The notes: generated by a model not told the origin, from the letters alone. Numbered from the stretch's first letter, positions 52,716-62,507 are shown. The stretch is 64,000 bases of DNA from Vulcanimicrobiota bacterium (GCA_963795855.1 CAWCIZ010000002.1:639452-703451); one strand, 5' to 3'. A program made the numbers and translations.

Positions 52716-53206
52716 TGCAGCCGGATCAGCAGCTTTCCGTCTTCGGTTTGCGGTTGCGCCGCTTCTGAATTTGACGCGGCAGGTTCGGCCGCGCGTTCCG
52801 GCGCCGGCATCGCGGCATAGTCGGGAATCGCACCGGCGGCAACCTTGCTCTTGTAATCGTCGAGCGCTACGTGCAGCGCTTCGAGCGCGCGCTGGGGATA
52901 ATCTTTCTTCTTTTCGGGATACCCGCCGAGCTGCGCTTCGATGTCTTTTTCAGACAACGCGGCGGCCTGTTCGACGCTCTTTCCCTTTGCCAAATCGACC
53001 ACGAGGCTGCAGGTCGCGGTACCGAATCCACAACCGGTCGTAAAGTACGAAATGTCTTCGATGACCGCGCCCGGTCCAATCTTCAAGAAGAAGTTGTACA
53101 TGTCGCCGCACGAATCGCTGAAGTACTCGCCGCTCGCCGTGGCGTCATCCATCGTTCGAAATCCGGCGCGCTCTTCGACCAGCCGCTGAAACTTCGGGAA
53201 ATCCAT
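52712..53206 (-). CDS. IscU/NifU-N-like scaffold-fold protein
   Basis: SCGD, IEDISY.TTGCG, LAKGKSVEQA; the third canonical Cys is absent. Confidence 0.8.
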   Translation of the reverse strand: MDFPKFQRLVEERAGFRTMDDATASGEYFSDSCGDMYNFFLKIGPGAVIEDISYFTTGCGFGTATCSLVVDLAKGKSVEQAAALSEKDIEAQLGGYPEKKKDYPQRALEALHVALDDYKSKVAAGAIPDYAAMPAPERAAEPAASNSEAAQPQTEDGKLLIRLH

Positions 53207-53233
53207 TCTTTACGGGCGCTCCGTTCTCAATTA

Positions 53234-53863
53234 TCAGTTCGCTTTCACTTCGAACCGGCATTGACTGCCGCCGGTTGCGAGCGATTCGGTTTGCACGTGC
53301 TGTCCGCCGATCGTTTCGTCCAAGACGTGATGGATGACCGAGCAGACTTCCGGATGGTCTTTCACGACCTCCGAATACGGACAGTTGTGCTCGTGCAGCG
53401 CGTAGCCGCCGTCGATTAAACTGTACTCCGCGACGACACCGGCCTCGCGAAGCACCTGCGCGAGCTGCGCGACCTTCCCCTGCGTATCCGGCGCGGTAAT
53501 CCGGGTCTTCGCTTTGGCGACCGTACGCTTGGCAATCCCATCGAACACTTGCGCCACGCCCGGCTCGCCGAACTGCTCCTTGATCTCACGCAGCACGGCG
53601 CCAAGCATCTTGTCGTAATGCTGCGGAAACAGCTTCTCGGCTTCCGCGGTCAGCGAAAATTCGTACGTCGGCTTCGTGCGCCCGCGGCGCACGGATTTCT
53701 CCACGACCAAGCCGTCCCTCTCAAGCACGACGAGCTGTTGCCGGATGGCATTGGGCGAGAGATTGAACTGCCCGGCAAGATCGATAGCGGACGCCGACTT
53801 ACGGCGGCGCAGTTCTTCGACGATGCGTCCTCGGGTGCTCTGGAAAAAACGGTCTGCTTGCAT
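53234..53863 (-). CDS. SufR-like HTH transcriptional regulator
   Basis: N-terminal wHTH (AIRQQLVVLERDGLV, GRTKP), FPQHY, EHNCPY..C..C; divergent from suf. Confidence 0.82.
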   Translation of the reverse strand: MQADRFFQSTRGRIVEELRRRKSASAIDLAGQFNLSPNAIRQQLVVLERDGLVVEKSVRRGRTKPTYEFSLTAEAEKLFPQHYDKMLGAVLREIKEQFGEPGVAQVFDGIAKRTVAKAKTRITAPDTQGKVAQLAQVLREAGVVAEYSLIDGGYALHEHNCPYSEVVKDHPEVCSVIHHVLDETIGGQHVQTESLATGGSQCRFEVKAN

Positions 53864-53875
53864 GTCCTACGGGAG

Positions 53876-53941
53876 ATGCTAACACGAAATGGGAAGATAG
53901 TCCAGGTTTTCCTTGACTTTCATTACGACCCCGCGTAGCAT
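53876..53941. promoter_or_regulatory. Back-to-back sigma70-type promoters with a central palindrome
   Basis: Plus strand: TTGACT(53913)-17-TAGCAT(53936). Minus strand: TGGACT(53904)-17-TAGCAT(53881). AGTCCAGG-TTTT-CCTTGACT at 53899-53918. Confidence 0.8.
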
Positions 53942-53994
53942 TACAAACGGACCCACAGGGTCTACCACCGTCTCAAGACAGGAGCACTCCAAGC

Positions 53995-54765
53995 GTGTCC
54001 GATCGGGGCCTTCGCATCAACGACCTGCGCGTCAACGTCGCCGGCGCTCACATCCTCAAGGGCATCGACCTCGAGGTAGAGCCGGGCCGCGTGCACGCGC
54101 TCATGGGTCCCAACGGAAGCGGGAAATCCACGCTTGCGCTCTCCCTCACCGGCCATCCGAACTACGAAATCGTATCGGGCAGTGCGACGCTCGACGGTGA
54201 AGATGTGCTCGGGATGGCTGCCGACAAGCGGGCCAAAGCCGGCTTGTTTCTTTCGTTTCAATACCCGGCCGCAATTCCGGGCGTGAAAGTCGCTAACTTT
54301 TTGTACGCGGCGCGGCAAGCAGTGCGTCCCGGCAGCCTGACTCCGGCGCAATTCCGCGCAATGCTGATGGAAAAAGCGGAACTGCTCGACATGGATCCGA
54401 GCTTCTTCGGGCGCTATTTGAACGACGGCTTCTCGGGCGGCGAAAAGAAACGGCTCGAAATGCTGCAGCTCGCAATGCTCGCGCCGAAGTACGCCATTCT
54501 CGACGAAACCGATTCGGGTCTCGACGTCGACGCGCTTCGGGCGGTCGGCGAATCGGTGAACGCGCTTCGCAAGAGCGACGAAGGAAAGGACGCGGGCTTC
54601 CTGATCATCACGCACTATCCGCGCATTCTGCAGCACGTCACCGCCGACGTCGTTCACGTGATGATGGACGGGCGTATCGTAAAGGAAGGCGATGCGTCGC
54701 TCGCGCTTCGCATCGAGCGCGAAGGCTACGATATCATCCGCGAGGAGATCGGGCAAATTGCCTAG
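53995..54765 (+). CDS. sufC: Fe-S assembly ATPase
   Basis: MGPNGSGKST, FQYP, NDGFSGGEKKR, LDETDSGLD, ITHY. Confidence 0.97.
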   Translation: MSDRGLRINDLRVNVAGAHILKGIDLEVEPGRVHALMGPNGSGKSTLALSLTGHPNYEIVSGSATLDGEDVLGMAADKRAKAGLFLSFQYPAAIPGVKVANFLYAARQAVRPGSLTPAQFRAMLMEKAELLDMDPSFFGRYLNDGFSGGEKKRLEMLQLAMLAPKYAILDETDSGLDVDALRAVGESVNALRKSDEGKDAGFLIITHYPRILQHVTADVVHVMMDGRIVKEGDASLALRIEREGYDIIREEIGQIA

Positions 54766-55957
54766 CGCCGTCGCAACACTTGGTATTCCGGCGAATCTGG
54801 AACAGGCTATCGCGCATACCGATGCGTCCGTGCTGTCCCATGACGAGCGCCGCGAGCTGCTTGCGCGTTCGTTCGAATTGCGTTCCGGCCGTGAAAAGCC
54901 CGGCCGTTTCTGGAAAATCGATCTCGAAGCACTCGACTACAATTCGCTCGAGGTTCCCGCATTCGCCCCGCCGAGCATTTCCGCGCCGGAAGCCCGGCGC
55001 GTCGTCGCCTGCGACTTGCGGACGGCACTGCGCAGTCACCGGGACCTCTACGATCGCACATGCGGCACCGCACTAGATCCGCGCTCCGGTAAATTCGCCG
55101 CGCTCGCTGCGGCGCTGCGCAATACCGGCGCGTTCGTGTTCGTCCCGGCGGACGCGTCGGTCGACGGAGAAATCGAGATTGCGTACGATGCGCGCGCCGG
55201 TGCCTTGTTTCCGTACACGCTCGTCGTAGTCGAACGCGGCGCGCAGTGCACTATCGTCGAGCGCCTGACCGGTGCGCCGGACGCATTCGTCTGCGGCATC
55301 ACCGAAATCGTCACTGCGGAAAACGCGAACGTCACGTATGCCGTCGACCAGCAAGTGCCTCCGGGCGGCCGCGTACTGTTTACACGCTCCGCGAAACCGG
55401 GAAAAGACGCACGCGTGAACTGGGCGGTAGCGGAGTTGGGCGGCTCGTTGTCCGTCACGTCCGTCGACGTAAGCGTGGATCAGCCCGGCGTGCAGGCGGA
55501 TCTCGCAGGCATGTTCTTCCCGCGCGACGATCAGCACGTCGACCTGATTACCAATGTCGATCACAACGTCGGCAACTCGCGCTCCGAAACGATCGTGAAG
55601 TCGGCCGCAACGGGTCGGGGGCAGGCGCGCTACCTTGGGAATATCCGCATTGCCGCGCACGCGCAAGGGACCGACTCCGCGCTGCGTGACGACGCGCTCC
55701 TGCTCTCGAAGAAGTCGCACATCGACTCCGTCCCGGCGCTCGAAATCGCCGCGAACGACGTCAAGGCGTACCACGGCGCTACGGTCGGCGCGATCGACGA
55801 GGAGCAGATTTTCTACATGACGAGCCGCGGCATCGACCGCGAGTCGGCGGAAAAGATGATCGCGATCGGATTTTTCGAACCCGCGGTAGCGCGCTTTCCG
55901 ACTGAAGCGCTGCGCGAGCGCCTGCGAACCGCGCTGGAGGCCAAAGTCCGCGCATGA
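54758..55957 (+). CDS. sufD: Fe-S assembly protein SufD
   Basis: PALEIAANDVKAYHGATVG, FYMTSRGI; TTG 54758 behind GAGGAG. Confidence 0.88.
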   Translation: MPSAVATLGIPANLEQAIAHTDASVLSHDERRELLARSFELRSGREKPGRFWKIDLEALDYNSLEVPAFAPPSISAPEARRVVACDLRTALRSHRDLYDRTCGTALDPRSGKFAALAAALRNTGAFVFVPADASVDGEIEIAYDARAGALFPYTLVVVERGAQCTIVERLTGAPDAFVCGITEIVTAENANVTYAVDQQVPPGGRVLFTRSAKPGKDARVNWAVAELGGSLSVTSVDVSVDQPGVQADLAGMFFPRDDQHVDLITNVDHNVGNSRSETIVKSAATGRGQARYLGNIRIAAHAQGTDSALRDDALLLSKKSHIDSVPALEIAANDVKAYHGATVGAIDEEQIFYMTSRGIDRESAEKMIAIGFFEPAVARFPTEALRERLRTALEAKVRA

Positions 55958-57198
55958 TCCGTACCATCGATTCGAAACTCGACCAAATCATCGCCGATTT
56001 TCCGATCTTGCGCGAGCGCACGAGCCGCGGAAAGCGCCTCGTTTTTCTCGACTCCGCCGCTACCTCGCAAAAGCCGCAGTGCGTCATAGACGCGTTGGTA
56101 GACTACTACTCGCACTACAACGCGAACATTCATCGCGGCGTCTATGAGATCGCCGCCAGAGCCACGGATGCGTTTGAAGCAGCTCGCGGCAAAGTCGCGG
56201 GTTTTCTTAACGCGTCGCCTGAAGAGATCGTGTGGACGCGGAACACGACCGAATGCATCAATCTCGTTTCATACACGTGGGGTCTGGCGAACGTTCGCGC
56301 GGGCGACGTCATCCTGACGACGCAGATCGAGCACCATTCGAACTTGGTCCCGTGGCAACTGCTGGCCGAAAAGACCGGCGCAGAACTGCGCTTCATTCCG
56401 GTCGACGGCAGAGGGCTTCACGTCCTGGACGACCTCGAAGACTTGCTCAAAGGCTGCAAGCTCCTTGCGCTCTCCCATGTGAGCAACACGCTGGGAACGA
56501 TTGCGCCGCTCGAGTTCATCATTCGCAAGGCGCATGCAGCCGGAGCGGTCGTGCTGGCCGACGGCGCACAAGCGGCGCCGAATATGCCCGTCGACGTGCG
56601 TGCGCTGGACGTCGACTTCTACGCGCTCAGCGCGCATAAAATGTGCGGACCCACCGGCATCGGCGTGCTGTACGCAAAGCGGGCGCTGCTGGAAGCGATG
56701 CCGCCGTTCCTAACCGGCGGCGACATGATCCGCAAAGTGGAATACGCCACGTCGACGTTCAACGATCTGCCGTGGAAGTTCGAGGCCGGAACGAGCAACA
56801 TCGCCGATGCGATCGCCTTCGGCGTCGCCATCGACTACTTGAGCGGCGTCGGAATGGATTGGGTGCGCGAGCACGAGCATAGCCTCATGCGTTACGCCTT
56901 CGAGCGCCTGGAGGAATTGAAGGCGCGCGGTTTGGACGTGTACGGCCCGCAGGACGCGGATAAAGTGGGGGACGTCATCTCCTTCAATTTGGGAGACATC
57001 CATCCGCACGATCTCGCCTCGCTGCTCGACACGGAAGGCGTTTGCGTGCGAGCCGGACATCACTGCACGATGCCGCTGATGGAAAAGATGGGCTGGCCCG
57101 CCACGACGCGCGCGTCCTTCTACATCTACAACACCGAGCGGGACGTCGATGCGCTCGTAAATGGCCTGCACAAGGCGGCGGACGTCTTCAAACTCTAA
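55954..57198 (+). CDS. sufS: Cysteine desulfurase
   Basis: LDSAATSQKP, EHHSN, SAHKMCGPTG, RAGHHC. Confidence 0.97.
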   Translation: MIRTIDSKLDQIIADFPILRERTSRGKRLVFLDSAATSQKPQCVIDALVDYYSHYNANIHRGVYEIAARATDAFEAARGKVAGFLNASPEEIVWTRNTTECINLVSYTWGLANVRAGDVILTTQIEHHSNLVPWQLLAEKTGAELRFIPVDGRGLHVLDDLEDLLKGCKLLALSHVSNTLGTIAPLEFIIRKAHAAGAVVLADGAQAAPNMPVDVRALDVDFYALSAHKMCGPTGIGVLYAKRALLEAMPPFLTGGDMIRKVEYATSTFNDLPWKFEAGTSNIADAIAFGVAIDYLSGVGMDWVREHEHSLMRYAFERLEELKARGLDVYGPQDADKVGDVISFNLGDIHPHDLASLLDTEGVCVRAGHHCTMPLMEKMGWPATTRASFYIYNTERDVDALVNGLHKAADVFKL

Positions 57199-57218
57199 GG
57201 AAGCGCTTTTCGGCACGC

Positions 57219-57611
57219 ATGGACGATTTTTATAAAGACTTCATTCTGGACCACTACCGTAATCCGCGCAATTTCGGACGGCTGGAAAAACCCGACGCCG
57301 CCGCCGAGGACATGAACCCGCTCTGCGGCGATCAGATCCGCGTCGAATTGCAAGTCGACGAGCAGGGCAACGTAAGCGACGTGCGCTTCTCCGGAAGAGG
57401 ATGCGCCATCAGTCAGGCGTCGATGTCGATGCTCTCGGAATCGGTCAAAGGTAAGCCGCTCAAGGAAGTGGCGACGATGCCGAAAGAAACGGTGCTCGAG
57501 AACGTCGGAATCGGCATCAGCGCGACGCGCATGAAGTGCGCCATGCTCGGACTCAAAGTCCTCAAAAGCGCCGCAATCGGCGAGTTGGCGGGCTGGCCGG
57601 ACGAGTCGTAA
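57219..57611 (+). CDS. sufU: SUF-system U-type protein
   Basis: ILDHYRNPRN, NPLCGD, GRGCAISQAS, RMKCA. Confidence 0.92.
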   Translation: MDDFYKDFILDHYRNPRNFGRLEKPDAAAEDMNPLCGDQIRVELQVDEQGNVSDVRFSGRGCAISQASMSMLSESVKGKPLKEVATMPKETVLENVGIGISATRMKCAMLGLKVLKSAAIGELAGWPDES

Positions 57612-58370
57612 TTACGGCTTGATCGCCGTCTTTTCCAAAATCCGGTCGGACGCTACCGTAAACGTTTCGTAGTATTCACCCTGTGCCGTGTGCATGTCGA
57701 CGGAAACTTTGTAGCTTCCGTCGCCGTTGCGCGTCGACGTCACGCTGTTGATGCGCGTCGAAGCATCGATGAACGATTCATCGGGCACGCCGTTGCCCAA
57801 ATACGCCGATGCCGCACCGGGATCGCCGCGCCGCAATGCATCGATGTAAGCTCGAACTACGCCGGATGCCGGCGTTTCGTGCGCGGACGCGGGCGCCGGC
57901 GCGGCCGTTGCGACCGGTGCAGCGGATGCAGCGGGAGTGGATGCAGCCGGCACGGGGGTTGGTCTAGCGGGAGCTGCCGCAGCGGTAGATGCGGCAGCCG
58001 GCGCCGCGGTTTCGACCGGCGCGGTCGTGACTTTCACCGTGGCGGTCGCAGCGGGCGTCGCCTGCGGAGTCGGTTTCGGCGACGCGGTTGGGGTCGGCGA
58101 CGGGGCCGGGCTTGCAGTCGCCTCCGCGGCCGGCGACGCCGAAGAAACCGGCGTAACGATTGGAACGGGCGTCGGCGCTTGCGCGACCTTTTCGTTTTTC
58201 GCCGGGCCGTTGAAAACGCGCGCCAGCGCTTGTCCCAGGAACCATCCGCCGAGAATCACGACCAGCGCCGCAAAGATCGTGATGACCCACGGGTTTACGC
58301 CATTCGGTCTGCTTCTGCGCGGCGTTCCCTTGTTGCTGAGCCGGCGGCGGCGACGGAAGTCGTCGCTCAT
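57612..58370 (-). CDS. Membrane-anchored Pro/Ala-rich protein
   Basis: Basic N-terminus, one TM, low-complexity stalk, small C-terminal domain. Confidence 0.75.
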   Translation of the reverse strand: MSDDFRRRRRLSNKGTPRRSRPNGVNPWVITIFAALVVILGGWFLGQALARVFNGPAKNEKVAQAPTPVPIVTPVSSASPAAEATASPAPSPTPTASPKPTPQATPAATATVKVTTAPVETAAPAAASTAAAAPARPTPVPAASTPAASAAPVATAAPAPASAHETPASGVVRAYIDALRRGDPGAASAYLGNGVPDESFIDASTRINSVTSTRNGDGSYKVSVDMHTAQGEYYETFTVASDRILEKTAIKP

Positions 58371-58762
58371 CGCTCGAGGAGTTTCTGTTCGATGCCGCCG
58401 GTTATCTCGCGCGGAAGTTGTGCGAGCAGCGCAGGCTCGCGTTCAACGAGTCCGATCGCCGCTTCTTTCAGCAGCCCGGGATTGGCGCGGGCGTATTCCA
58501 AAAGTTTCCCCACCGCCGTCGCGTCGTGGCGGGAGATCGCCTCGATCGTCGTTCCCGCACCTTCGGCGGCGTCTTCCGACGATTCGCCGCGCTGACGAAA
58601 AGCGTCGAACACCGCTTCAACCAGCAGCGTTCGTCCGGAAGATGACATCGTACGCTCGCTTTGCTCGATCGCCGACGCCAATTCGCGCTCGTCCATTTTG
58701 CTGATGAACTTCTCCGCGGCGTCGATGACCTCGACCCAAGCGTAATTGCCGAAAACCGACAT
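58367..58762 (-). CDS. Hypothetical helical protein
   Basis: ATGA overlap with the downstream gene; start uncertain. Confidence 0.65.
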   Translation of the reverse strand: MSVFGNYAWVEVIDAAEKFISKMDERELASAIEQSERTMSSSGRTLLVEAVFDAFRQRGESSEDAAEGAGTTIEAISRHDATAVGKLLEYARANPGLLKEAAIGLVEREPALLAQLPREITGGIEQKLLER

Positions 58763-58822
58763 CGAGCAAATCGTTACTCCCTGACGGCAGGCGGCTCCTC
58801 GAATCTGGGCAAAAGTTACGGT

Positions 58823-59143
58823 ATGATCCGCGTCCGCGTCCCCCTGGATCTTCATGCGGTCGCCTGCAGCGACTCCGGCGCGTTTGCATTGGCGACGCCG
58901 CTGCGCGTGCGCGATCTTCTTTCCCTCGCCGTGCGCGAAGCCATCGGGAGCCGAGCGCCGGCGGACGCGTTCGCACGCAGTTTGCGCGCGACGCTCGCAG
59001 GTCTTTCGACGGGCCGCTTCACGCTGGACATCGACGGACGACACTTCAGCGACGCGGAAGCCGTCGTCGTCTGCCGGGACACCGCGGACATCCGCTTCTT
59101 CATTCCGGCTCGTCGCCCGGTACCGCAGACTGAACTGGCCTGA
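58823..59143 (+). CDS. Hypothetical protein
   Basis: Fills the gap; coupled to the downstream membrane gene. Confidence 0.55.
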   Translation: MIRVRVPLDLHAVACSDSGAFALATPLRVRDLLSLAVREAIGSRAPADAFARSLRATLAGLSTGRFTLDIDGRHFSDAEAVVVCRDTADIRFFIPARRPVPQTELA

Positions 59144-59144
59144 T

Positions 59145-59864
59145 CTGAACGAACGCCCCGACGACGATCGCCCTTCGTACCGCCCGCTCGCGCTCGTGAC
59201 TGCGCGTTTGCTCGCGAGGCGATGGGCGCTGTATCTGCTTACGTGCGCGGGCGTCTTCACACTGCAAGCGCTGTTCTACACGCTTTCGCACGTCAGGATG
59301 GCCGATTTTTACGCCAATTTGATCGGGCCGCCGCTCGTCATCGTCGTCGTGACGGTATTCGTGGGCGCGGACGCAACGAATACGATGACCGTCGCCCAAC
59401 GCTGGGAGCGCGTGCTCGAGCGCGGCTGGGCGATCATCATATTCGACGTCGCGCTTTCGCTCGTGCAGACCGGCGGACTGCAAACGATGATGTCGGGCGG
59501 CGCGAATCTGGGCGACGTGATCATGGGTTTCCTGACGCTGCTGCTGGCAGCCATGCTCGTCTACGCGGAGCCATTCATCGCCCTCGAAAACGATACGCAA
59601 AGCCTTACGCTTCTGCCGTTTGCGATACTGCGCAGCATGATGCTTGCCTGGGTGAATCTGTCGCGGGTGTTTTCGCTGTTCGCGGTGCAAATCGCGGCGG
59701 TTATCGCATCCCTGTTCGTCCATCAAGCCGTGCAGACGATGGGGTGGAACGCGACGCTGTGGGCCGACCTTCCGTTTTGGACGCTGGTAGCAGCGCCTCT
59801 GGCCGCGCTGTACACGCTCGCGTATCTCGACACTGTTGCGCAAGAGCGCAATTCCGCAGCCTGA
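59145..59864 (+). CDS. Polytopic membrane protein
   Basis: About six hydrophobic helices; start is CTG 59145 or GTG 59196. Confidence 0.72.
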   Translation: MNERPDDDRPSYRPLALVTARLLARRWALYLLTCAGVFTLQALFYTLSHVRMADFYANLIGPPLVIVVVTVFVGADATNTMTVAQRWERVLERGWAIIIFDVALSLVQTGGLQTMMSGGANLGDVIMGFLTLLLAAMLVYAEPFIALENDTQSLTLLPFAILRSMMLAWVNLSRVFSLFAVQIAAVIASLFVHQAVQTMGWNATLWADLPFWTLVAAPLAALYTLAYLDTVAQERNSAA

Positions 59865-59868
59865 GCGG

Positions 59869-61185
59869 CTACGGACGCGTCATCGACATTGCCTCGAGAA
59901 TAGGAGGCAACCGCCCTTGCCGGCCGAGCATCATTTGCGCGAAGAGCGCGTTCGGCCATGCGAAATCGTCGCGCGTGTACGACTCGGGCCAGTCGGCGTT
60001 GAACGACTCGTGCAAGCGGTGGTCGCCGTCGTCCGAGGCTGCGAGGTATCCCATAACGCGGTCAATCTCGCTCTGATCCGTTGAGGTCAGCGCCTGCACG
60101 ACGAGCGCGAGCGGCCACACGTACCCGTGCGGCGTGTGCGGGCTGCCGACGCCGGCGGCATATTTTCCCTGAAAGTAGTACGGGTCGCGCGGCGAGAGAA
60201 TGAACCGGCGCGTCGCCTGATACACGACGTCGCGCACGCCGACGTATCCGAAGTACGGAATCGACAGCAATGACGGAATGTTCGCGTCGTCCATCAAGTT
60301 CGCGTGCCCGTATCCGTCCACTTCATACGCATAGATGCGCCCCACGCCCGGCAAATTCACCAGACCGTAGCGCTCGATGGCGCGCTGAATCTGAACGGAT
60401 AGTCCCCATGCGTTTTCCGCGGTGCGATTGTCGTGATAGACGTTCTTCTCGATCTCCGTCAGGTCGCGCAGCACGACGACCCCGAACATGTTGTCCGGAA
60501 TGTTGAAGTGATACCGCGCGGCGTCGTCGGATGGACGGAACCCCGTCCAAACGAGTCCCGTGTAGGCCGTCGGGGTGCCGCGTCCGCCGTTTGCCAGTTC
60601 CGGGTGGCGGTAGTGCGAGTGCTGGGTATGCCGCTGTTCCGTGCGAAGCGTTGCGAGAACGGCTCCGAACTCGCGCTGAACGGTCGGCGTGAAGATGCTG
60701 CGATCGCCGGTGCCCTTCCAATACAGATAGGCGAACCAAACGGGATACAGCAGCGAGTCCATTTCGAACTTATGCTCGGCGACGTGGTAGTCGTCGGTGA
60801 ACGCGTTGGCGTACGGGTCGCTGAGTATGTACCGCGCTTGACGGGCGACGGTTCCGCGCAGCATCGAGCGCACATACGGATCCGTAAGTCCCTGCCCGAT
60901 GTACGGCGTCATGGTCGCGCTGGAGTCGCGCAGCCACTCCATATTGATATCGCCGGTGGAAACGAACGTCGTGCCGTCCGGCTCGAGAATGGCGTGACGG
61001 CTGTACGCTTCGTCGTAGGCGCGCTGATAGATCTTTTGCAGCGTTACCGCAACCGTTGCCGGATGGTTCGCCGTTGGGGGCGTTTGAGCGGCGGCAGCAG
61101 GGATTGAAAACGACGCGCAAGCCGTCGCGAGCACCATTCCCGTGACGATGCGAGCGCGTCTCATACCCGCGGCCATCCCCATCAA
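59869..61185 (-). CDS. Glycoside hydrolase family 125 (exo-alpha-1,6-mannosidase-like) with signal peptide
   Basis: TGDI..WLRDS, DPYANAF, FRPSDD, YAYEVDG, MDDANIPSLL, GSPHTP, FAWPNALF. Confidence 0.92.
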   Translation of the reverse strand: MMGMAAGMRRARIVTGMVLATACASFSIPAAAAQTPPTANHPATVAVTLQKIYQRAYDEAYSRHAILEPDGTTFVSTGDINMEWLRDSSATMTPYIGQGLTDPYVRSMLRGTVARQARYILSDPYANAFTDDYHVAEHKFEMDSLLYPVWFAYLYWKGTGDRSIFTPTVQREFGAVLATLRTEQRHTQHSHYRHPELANGGRGTPTAYTGLVWTGFRPSDDAARYHFNIPDNMFGVVVLRDLTEIEKNVYHDNRTAENAWGLSVQIQRAIERYGLVNLPGVGRIYAYEVDGYGHANLMDDANIPSLLSIPYFGYVGVRDVVYQATRRFILSPRDPYYFQGKYAAGVGSPHTPHGYVWPLALVVQALTSTDQSEIDRVMGYLAASDDGDHRLHESFNADWPESYTRDDFAWPNALFAQMMLGRQGRLPPILEAMSMTRP

Positions 61186-61342
61186 CGCTTCTCCATAACT
61201 CTACTGTAACGTTATCGGCAAGTCACCGTTCGAATAAACCGTAAAAAAACATTCGAACAGACGTTTCGCGAAAACGCATTTCCGGCGATAATAAAAGATA
61301 CGACGACCCGCTGAGAAACCACCTAGAAAGAGAGCGACCACC

Positions 61343-62110
61343 ATCCGACAACGCGTCAAGATCGTAGGCCTCGGCCTGGCAACGGCGCTGATGCTCGGAA
61401 TGCCGGCCAAGGCCGACCAGGCCTATGCGGTCAGCGGAAACGATCGGTACCAGATCGGTCAAACCGATCTGCAGACAAGCATTGCTTACAGCGGCACCCA
61501 GCGGCTGAGCATCACCCAGGACGGCGCCAAACGGCGCTTCACCGCCCAGGCCACGTACACGCGATCGGACTCGGCGGGCAAGGTGCCGGCGCAAGCGTCC
61601 TTCGTCCAAGAAATGTCGCCTGAGGGCGAGCTGAAAGACCGGATGGATTTGGACCCCGACTATTTGACGGTTCTGAATCAGCCATTCGCGGTCGAACTCG
61701 ACATCGCGACGCTGCAGGATCTGCAGCACCTTCGCGGGCGCGTACCCTTCTCGTTCCCCGCCCCGATGACCGGGGGTACGCTCGCGGGCTACTTGCAGCG
61801 CGGCGGCATGGGCCGGCTCGGAGGACGCCCCGTGTTGAGCGTCGCGTTCGACGCGAATGGGCCGATGGCCGGACCGCTGCCCGATCATTCGCAGATGTCG
61901 ATCACCGGTACGATGCGAATGCGCGGCACGGCATATTACGCGGTGCGCGGCGAGCCGCTGCTGCTCGCGCTCGACGAGACGCTCAGCATATCGGGCACGT
62001 TGCGCGACGGGGAGCACACCTCGCCGGTGAAGATCGTGTACCAGCGATCGATAAAGGCTTCCGGCGGCGGACAGACGTCGGAGACCGCCTCTGCTTCTCC
62101 GCACGCCTGA
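61343..62110 (+). CDS. Secreted beta-rich hypothetical protein
   Basis: Signal peptide is complete only from ATC 61343; first ATG is 61391. Confidence 0.72.
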   Translation: MRQRVKIVGLGLATALMLGMPAKADQAYAVSGNDRYQIGQTDLQTSIAYSGTQRLSITQDGAKRRFTAQATYTRSDSAGKVPAQASFVQEMSPEGELKDRMDLDPDYLTVLNQPFAVELDIATLQDLQHLRGRVPFSFPAPMTGGTLAGYLQRGGMGRLGGRPVLSVAFDANGPMAGPLPDHSQMSITGTMRMRGTAYYAVRGEPLLLALDETLSISGTLRDGEHTSPVKIVYQRSIKASGGGQTSETASASPHA

Positions 62111-62114
62111 GCAT

Positions 62115-62507
62115 CTATACCGCTGCGAGCAATTCCACCGTCATCGGATGCGTAAACGGCGTCTCCGTCAGGAACACCAGCGGCGTGAACGCAAGATGAT
62201 TTTGATGGCAGTCGATCAGCATCTCGATGCCGCGTTTGACGCTGCCGGTTTCTTCAACGTACTTGCTCAGTTTTTTTGTGAAATACCCGCGCGGATCGCG
62301 CAGCACTTTTGCGTAGTACGGATCCTCGGTAAGGCCTTTTGAACCGATGCCGTCTTTGGGCACGAGCCACACGAACCACGGATCTTCCCCGTGACGGTAA
62401 CCGATGAGCAGGAGCGGTATCGCTCGCGATGAGTCCAAATTCGGAAGGAAACTGCACATCGTGTACGCGTCGAAGGAAACTTCCCGTGGTTCGATACCAT
62501 GCTCCAT
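62115..62507 (-). CDS. Hypothetical protein (130 aa)
   Basis: GAGGT, 6 nt, then ATG 62507; globular-looking sequence. Confidence 0.7.
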   Translation of the reverse strand: MEHGIEPREVSFDAYTMCSFLPNLDSSRAIPLLLIGYRHGEDPWFVWLVPKDGIGSKGLTEDPYYAKVLRDPRGYFTKKLSKYVEETGSVKRGIEMLIDCHQNHLAFTPLVFLTETPFTHPMTVELLAAV

